From a virus (Duplodnaviria > Caudoviricetes), in the IMG/VR virus record IMGVR_UViG_3300034062_007625, positions 1 through 36,445 of that record: 36,445 bases of DNA; one strand, 5' to 3'. This document shows positions 31,988 through 36,445 of the stretch, one piece after another. The translations under genes and the position numbers were made by a program. How positions within the stretch are numbered: the first letter of the stretch is position 1; each line of letters starts with the position of its first letter. A model generated the notes under the pieces. That model was not told the origin of the DNA and did not search any database. It was given only the letters and a program-made list of their open reading frames with translations.

Positions 31988-32395
31988 ATGAACAACAAAC
32001 CCCGCCGCCGCCCACTCATGGCCGTTCAAAAACCAGCCAACCCCACCAAAAAAGGCGCTTCTAACAAATCCACGACACCAAAACCCGTCCTTACATCTGA
32101 CATTTCTACAGGGGGGGAACAAACAAACACAGGGGAAGCAAACCCCCACCAATGGCCCATCGTAGAAATCCTATGGGTAGACGCAGTAGCAGACGGCCTC
32201 CTCGAATGGATGGACCCACAAGACACCGAAAACATCAAACCAGTCCAATCCCTAGTAGTCGGCTACCTACTCCAAAAAACCGACACACACACCACCGTCG
32301 CCTCACTCATAAACGAAGGCTCCACAGCACACATCCTCTGCATCCCCAACCAAATCATCCTCCAAACCCGTTACTGGCAAGGAAAAACCCAGTGA
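31988..32395 (+). CDS. hypothetical protein
   Basis: IVEILWVDA...VVGYLL...CIP motif set common in phage proteins; low-complexity N-terminus. Confidence 0.7.
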   Translation: MNNKPRRRPLMAVQKPANPTKKGASNKSTTPKPVLTSDISTGGEQTNTGEANPHQWPIVEILWVDAVADGLLEWMDPQDTENIKPVQSLVVGYLLQKTDTHTTVASLINEGSTAHILCIPNQIILQTRYWQGKTQ

Positions 32396-32754
32396 CAAAC
32401 CCACTCAACAACTACACACAAAACCACCAAAACCAAACAAATCCAAACGATACACACACAACCCAACCCCCAAAAACCAAAAACTGGAGAACACAAGCCA
32501 ACTGCACCGGCAAAACAAACCAAATGTTCCCCAAAAACTACAAAGACATCACCTACATCCCAGCCGCCCGAAAACTCTGCCGAACCTGCCCAGTAAAAAC
32601 CCAATGCCTCGAATACGCACTCGAATTCCCCGCAGCAGACATGCACGGGGTGTGGGCGGGGTTGACGCCTAGGCAGTTGGCGGCGGAGCAGCGGAGGCGG
32701 GGTTTGAGGCCTGATCGTCCGACTTTGGCGCAGTTGTGGTCGGGGCGCGGGTAG
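32392..32754 (+). CDS. whiB: WhiB family transcriptional regulator
   Basis: WRTQANC...FP...ARKLCRTCPVKTQCLEYAL...GVWAGLT: four Cys plus the GVWxG turn; GTG 32392 overlaps the upstream TGA. Confidence 0.92.
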   Translation: MTNPLNNYTQNHQNQTNPNDTHTTQPPKTKNWRTQANCTGKTNQMFPKNYKDITYIPAARKLCRTCPVKTQCLEYALEFPAADMHGVWAGLTPRQLAAEQRRRGLRPDRPTLAQLWSGRG

Positions 32755-32932
32755 TTTATTCAGTTTTTGGTGTGTTTATTCAGTGTTTATGCAGGGGTGT
32801 GTATTTGTATACGGGTTTTTGCGGGTTGGTATCCGGGTTTTTGCATAAAGTGTTTGTACGGGTGTTTGTACGTACCTAGCGCAACATTACCGAAAACGGT
32901 AAACTCGCGCCACAACAACCCCAATGGTTGTT
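32754..32932. repeat. cluster of 11-bp direct repeats and short inverted repeats
   Basis: GTTTATTCAGT 32754, 32774 (variant 32785); CGGGTTTTTGC 32812, 32834; GTGTTTGTACG 32850, 32862; TTACCG-AAAA-CGGTAA 32887-32902; AACAACC-5nt-GGTTGTT 32914-32932. Confidence 0.7.
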
Positions 32933-32976
32933 CACCGTCCACCCACACATAAACCAACCCAAAACGGGAACCCGAA

Positions 32977-33327
32977 CTACACAACCCGAATCCCGCACGA
33001 CACACAAAACCCCATACCGTCATGGGACCACACACCATCATCATCTACCGCAGCACACCGCCCCACCTTCCCGCACGGCATCAACACCCGTTCCCCCACA
33101 GCCCACTCCCGAATCATGTCAGCCGGAGTAGGCAACGGTGCTTTCGCAGGAGGCGGCTCAGGAAGCCCCAGATCGTCACGCAACGCTTTTTGAAGGGCTT
33201 CCACCAGCCAAGCGTTCAAAGAACACTGTAGAGCCTCACAGCGGTCAATCACCTGATTCTTTAACGTGGCAGGTAACCGAACTTGTAGATATGCCGGGCC
33301 GTGTGCCCTTTGGGGGCTACGTGGCAT
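32977..33327 (-). CDS. ribbon-helix-helix protein (Arc/HicB-like) with C-terminal Cys motif
   Basis: LQVRLPATLK...SLNAWLVEAL RHH pattern; PC...C and FCVSCG. Confidence 0.72.
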   Translation of the reverse strand: MPRSPQRAHGPAYLQVRLPATLKNQVIDRCEALQCSLNAWLVEALQKALRDDLGLPEPPPAKAPLPTPADMIREWAVGERVLMPCGKVGRCAAVDDDGVWSHDGMGFCVSCGIRVV

Positions 33328-33502
33328 CTGTGATTGGTTCGCCTGCGTCTCGCCGGATGAGGGTGATGAGGTATTCGGTGATGGACATGTCTAGGGCTTC
33401 GGATGTGTCGATGAGGTAGTTTTTGATGTCTGGGGGGATGCGGAGTGAGAGGGTGGTTGGGCCGTCTGCTCGGTGTGGGGGTCGTCCGGGTCGGGTGTTC
33501 AT
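33317..33502 (-). CDS. ribbon-helix-helix DNA-binding protein
   Basis: GRPP then TLSLRIPPDIK..L...SITEYLITLI; TAAGGT 8 nt before the ATG. Confidence 0.78.
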   Translation of the reverse strand: MNTRPGRPPHRADGPTTLSLRIPPDIKNYLIDTSEALDMSITEYLITLIRRDAGEPITDAT

Positions 33503-33552
33503 GTTTTTTGACCTTAGTCTGGTTTTGGTTTTGGTTCGTGTAGTATGGTGGG

Positions 33553-33650
33553 TCTTGCGGCAGGCTGAGCCCGTTCTCCTTTCCGGGCTTGGGGAATCTG
33601 CGTCTGCGCTGGCCCCACCCGGCGAGGCGTTAACGCATAACCGGGAAATT
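33553..33650 (+). ncRNA. candidate small RNA with an anti-Shine-Dalgarno loop
   Basis: TAGTAT -10-like box 33541-33546; stem 33565-33592 with loop TTCTCCTTTC; second stem 33618-33645; non-coding gap. Confidence 0.38.
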
Positions 33651-33652
33651 AG

Positions 33653-33877
33653 TCACTTCTCGGGCGAAGGTTCCCCGGCCTGCCGCATACCATTTACTAC
33701 TGCGGCGTCTCTGCTCATGCCGATGGCTGTTGGGATGCGTTGGGTGCTGTTACGTCCTGCCCCGTAGAAAACCCAGCCTCCGGGTACGAGGTGGACTGTG
33801 CCTACGAGTGTGCCGTCGTAGAGGACGTCAAAAAATTTGAGTGTTGGGATGTATTGGATTCCGGCCATTGATTCCAT
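33653..33877 (-). CDS. hypothetical protein
   Basis: ATG 33877 after GAGG, just past the upstream stop; 74 aa. Confidence 0.62.
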   Translation of the reverse strand: MESMAGIQYIPTLKFFDVLYDGTLVGTVHLVPGGWVFYGAGRNSTQRIPTAIGMSRDAAVVNGMRQAGEPSPEK

Positions 33878-33879
33878 TT

Positions 33880-34197
33880 TTAGCCTCGTAGTCTTTGGCC
33901 GCAGGCGAGGCAGAATTCGGCCCATGGGTACCAGCGGCGTTGGTTGAGTGGGTGTTGGCAGTCAAGGATGTTGCTGGCGGCGTCTCCTACTGCTTGTCTG
34001 ATGAAGTCGGAAACGGTGAGGCCTTTAGATTCGGCGGCTTGTTTCCACCGTTCTCGTTCTTCTGGGGTGGTTCTGATGAGGACTTGGGCGACTGCGGGGG
34101 AGCCGGGGGTGGATCCGGTGTTTGGTTGGATGGTGGGATCGAGGTGTTCGGCTTCGTGGTTCATTGCCGCTTCCAGATTGTCAACATTTTCAGACAT
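33880..34197 (-). CDS. ribbon-helix-helix protein (CopG/MobC-like) with C-terminal zinc ribbon
   Basis: VLIRTTPEERERWKQAAE..GLTVSDFIRQA; CQHP...FCLACG; ATG 34197 after AAGGA. Confidence 0.75.
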   Translation of the reverse strand: MSENVDNLEAAMNHEAEHLDPTIQPNTGSTPGSPAVAQVLIRTTPEERERWKQAAESKGLTVSDFIRQAVGDAASNILDCQHPLNQRRWYPWAEFCLACGQRLRG

Positions 34198-34324
34198 TTT
34201 TTTCCTTTTTTGGGTAGCGGCGGTACCAGCCAATGTCACCGTCAGGCACCACTCGATCTTTGTCGTCGTCGACGTCTCCGCCGTCAACAGCCCCGGTGGA
34301 CAACCACCAGTTCGATTCACTCAT
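34190..34324 (-). CDS. small hypothetical protein (44 aa)
   Basis: ATG 34324 overlaps the upstream stop and its own stop overlaps the next start; MSESNWWLSTG... Confidence 0.45.
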   Translation of the reverse strand: MSESNWWLSTGAVDGGDVDDDKDRVVPDGDIGWYRRYPKKEKNV

Positions 34325-34934
34325 CGTCGCTCTCCTCAACAATCTCGGCGTCTTCAACAGCCCCGAGTTCTGCAGTAGGACCCAGAATTCCTTTAATCGT
34401 GTCAGACGGTAAAATTCCGGCAGCACCCATAAGTTCAAGAAGTTGTCGCGCTTCCGTTTCTGGATCGAAAGCGTCGATGGCTGCGGGGCTGTCATCTGCA
34501 CCGGCAAGGACTGCTCGTTGCGGGGCTGTCGTTTCAACTTGCACATTGATGTTTGTCGCATCCATTCCGAGGAGACGGGAACGCCGGTCCATTACAGACA
34601 GTACTTGCTGAACTGCCCGTAGGTCGGGTTCCACCATCATTTCTGTACCGTCGTCAAGAGTTACTTTGCGGTGTTGTGTCATGGGCCAGATTGCTTGTTG
34701 TAGCGAATCAAGCCGTTCTAGTTCCATTCTTAAAACTTCCGGGTATGCCAGAAGTGCTTCCCGGTTTAGTTTTTCTAGTTGCCGCCGGATTGCTGAGTTG
34801 ACGGCGTTTGATGTCATTCCGAGACGGCGGGAAATTTCGTTTGCGGCGACACCGGCCTGCCTCATTTTGAAAATGCGGAGGTCTCGTTCGGCAATAAATT
34901 CTTTTGTTAGGCCTTGTTGCTGCTTTTCCGCCAT
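34317..34934 (-). CDS. HTH DNA-binding protein, possibly terminase small subunit
   Basis: MRQAG...EISRRLG HTH, ELERLDSL, AVQQVLSVMDRRSRLLGMD; TAATAT 8 nt before the ATG. Confidence 0.62.
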   Translation of the reverse strand: MAEKQQQGLTKEFIAERDLRIFKMRQAGVAANEISRRLGMTSNAVNSAIRRQLEKLNREALLAYPEVLRMELERLDSLQQAIWPMTQHRKVTLDDGTEMMVEPDLRAVQQVLSVMDRRSRLLGMDATNINVQVETTAPQRAVLAGADDSPAAIDAFDPETEARQLLELMGAAGILPSDTIKGILGPTAELGAVEDAEIVEESDDE

Positions 34935-34951
34935 GAATGTTGATATTACAC

Positions 34952-36445
34952 CTAGTCGACGTGAAGGAACTCGATAACTTCAAACGGAAAAAGTCTTCCT
35001 CGTTTAACTTTAGTTGGACGGTGCCGTGGTTCCCGGTCATTACGGAACCGTCCCCATTTGTAAACGTGGGCTTCTTCTGCCGTGAGGTCCGGCTCGAGAG
35101 TCCACCCGAACTCCGGCCACCGTGACCAGACCGCACTACCAAACGGTCTTAGGTCACGGCCACCGGATCCACCTAGTGGGGCGTGATGCTCGAGCCATAA
35201 AGCGAATTTGTAAGTGGTTCGAAGGTAATCAAGGTATTTGGCGATGTCGACGGCAAGTGCTTCTGATGTGCGGGAACCTGTGTCAACAAAAGATTTGTAG
35301 AGCGGGCCGAGGCAAACGAGATCTGGTTCAGTTTTTTCGATCGCTTCTTCCAAAACGATACGGTCGGCGGGATTGAGGAGGTCCATACCGGCGGGTCGAA
35401 TGAGGATGTGTGCACCGTCGGGTGATCTGCCACCGATGCGTTTTGCTGCACCAACAATTTTTGTTGACATGCGCCGAATGATTCGTTCAGGGTTTTCCAA
35501 GTCCACCGTAAGGGTTTTGATCGGGTCCATTGCTTCGAATGTGAATGGGTGAACTCCCGCCGCAGGGCAAATTGCCATTTGCCGTGCAAGCATGGTTTTG
35601 CCAACGCCTTCCGCTGCGACGACGATCACTCGGTCTTGTCGTTCGATGACACCGGGAATAGCCCAGTCGTAAACGTCCTCAACGTGTTCGTTGATGAATT
35701 TGTCCCAACCGACGAGCCTTCCGGGGTCACCGATCGCTTCAATGTTTGGATCTATGCGGTCGATCATTCCGCGAATGCGAATTATTTTTTTGTCTACCGT
35801 GAGGTCACGACTTTTGATGTCTTCAATTTGTTCGATGATTCGATCAAGCGGATCGGGTTCTTGCTCTGGTTGTTCTTCAACAATGGTTGTTGTTTCTGTC
35901 GTGGTGCCGGAAGAAGAAAGAATTTCTAGTTCTTCTAATCTTCCACCGGCGTCGAAAAAGTCTGTGACATCTTTGAACTGTTTTGGTGGCCCCACCAAAG
36001 TCACCGCAACACCTTTTTCGACAAGTTCAGTCATAACATCGTTTGCGTGCTTGATGCCGACTTCGTCGTTGTCTTGAATAATCCAAATGTCGCCACCGAC
36101 AAGTGTCACCGTGTGAATATCCAACCATTTACCGGCGCCACCGGGCATCGTTGTAGCCGTATGACCTAAACCGGCGAGGGTGTCAGCATCTTTTTCGCCT
36201 TCTACAACAAACACCATCTCGTTTGCGGCCACCGCAGCAAGAACTTCCGGCAACCGGTATAGAACTTTCGGTGTATCACCAAGCGAGTAAATCCATTCGT
36301 CACCGTCGGGCCGTCGTTGACGAAATGTTTTTTTGCCTTCTTCGTCGATGAACCGCTGCTTTTGAAAAAGAAGGTTTCCTTTTGCGTCGCAGTAATCGTA
36401 AGAAGCAACAAGTTTCAATTTGGAAGACTTTTTGATAACGCCACC
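34952..36445 (-). CDS. primase-helicase (TOPRIM plus RecA/RepA-like AAA domain), 5'-truncated
   Basis: VVEGEKDAD and QDNDEVG TOPRIM motifs; AAEGVGKT Walker A, VDLENP, LEHHA, RPFGS; frame stays open to the window end. Confidence 0.9.
   Translation of the reverse strand, partial: GGVIKKSSKLKLVASYDYCDAKGNLLFQKQRFIDEEGKKTFRQRRPDGDEWIYSLGDTPKVLYRLPEVLAAVAANEMVFVVEGEKDADTLAGLGHTATTMPGGAGKWLDIHTVTLVGGDIWIIQDNDEVGIKHANDVMTELVEKGVAVTLVGPPKQFKDVTDFFDAGGRLEELEILSSSGTTTETTTIVEEQPEQEPDPLDRIIEQIEDIKSRDLTVDKKIIRIRGMIDRIDPNIEAIGDPGRLVGWDKFINEHVEDVYDWAIPGVIERQDRVIVVAAEGVGKTMLARQMAICPAAGVHPFTFEAMDPIKTLTVDLENPERIIRRMSTKIVGAAKRIGGRSPDGAHILIRPAGMDLLNPADRIVLEEAIEKTEPDLVCLGPLYKSFVDTGSRTSEALAVDIAKYLDYLRTTYKFALWLEHHAPLGGSGGRDLRPFGSAVWSRWPEFGWTLEPDLTAEEAHVYKWGRFRNDREPRHRPTKVKRGRLFPFEVIEFLHVD

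Noticed and set aside
32787-33044. 85-aa minus-strand ORF across the repeat cluster
   Set aside because: It overlaps the RHH gene, has no clear RBS or motif and runs through low-complexity repeats; a short real gene cannot be fully excluded.
32400-33560. Adjacent A/C and G/T patches as long inverted repeats or an invertible segment
   Set aside because: They are complementary in composition only; no matching inverted sequence or recombinase was seen.
33895-34611. 238-aa plus-strand ORF
   Set aside because: Antisense to well-supported minus-strand genes and has no recognisable motif.

Overview
A 36.4-kb piece of a tailed dsDNA phage genome. It is most likely a contractile-tailed (myovirus-type) phage of Actinobacteria: it carries a WhiB gene and many leaderless TANNNT promoters. 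From left to right it holds: (i) a probable ParB-like gene fragment, a PAPS-reductase-family gene and a ParB-like gene (IbrA/IbrB-type pair); (ii) head-tail joining, sheath, tube, tail chaperone (with an unannotated -1 frame extension), tape measure (with a C-terminal M15-type peptidase motif) and baseplate genes; (iii) fibre genes (collar-domain fibre, a 1350-aa collagen-like protein, a glycine-rich protein) with a block of small membrane genes among them; (iv) a membrane-anchored lytic transglycosylase; (v) a minus-strand cassette with a winged-helix regulator, an AcrVA2/FinQ-like protein and two small Cys/His proteins; (vi) a metallophosphoesterase and WhiB; (vii) a repeat-rich intergenic region, three ribbon-helix-helix genes, a candidate small RNA, an HTH/terminase-small-like gene and a truncated TOPRIM primase-helicase. 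The main leads are the AcrVA2-like cassette, the PAPS reductase/ParB module, and sharp-edged A/C-rich versus G/T-rich patches that ignore gene orientation and can flip inside a gene. All protein family calls come from motif recognition by eye; no database search was run.
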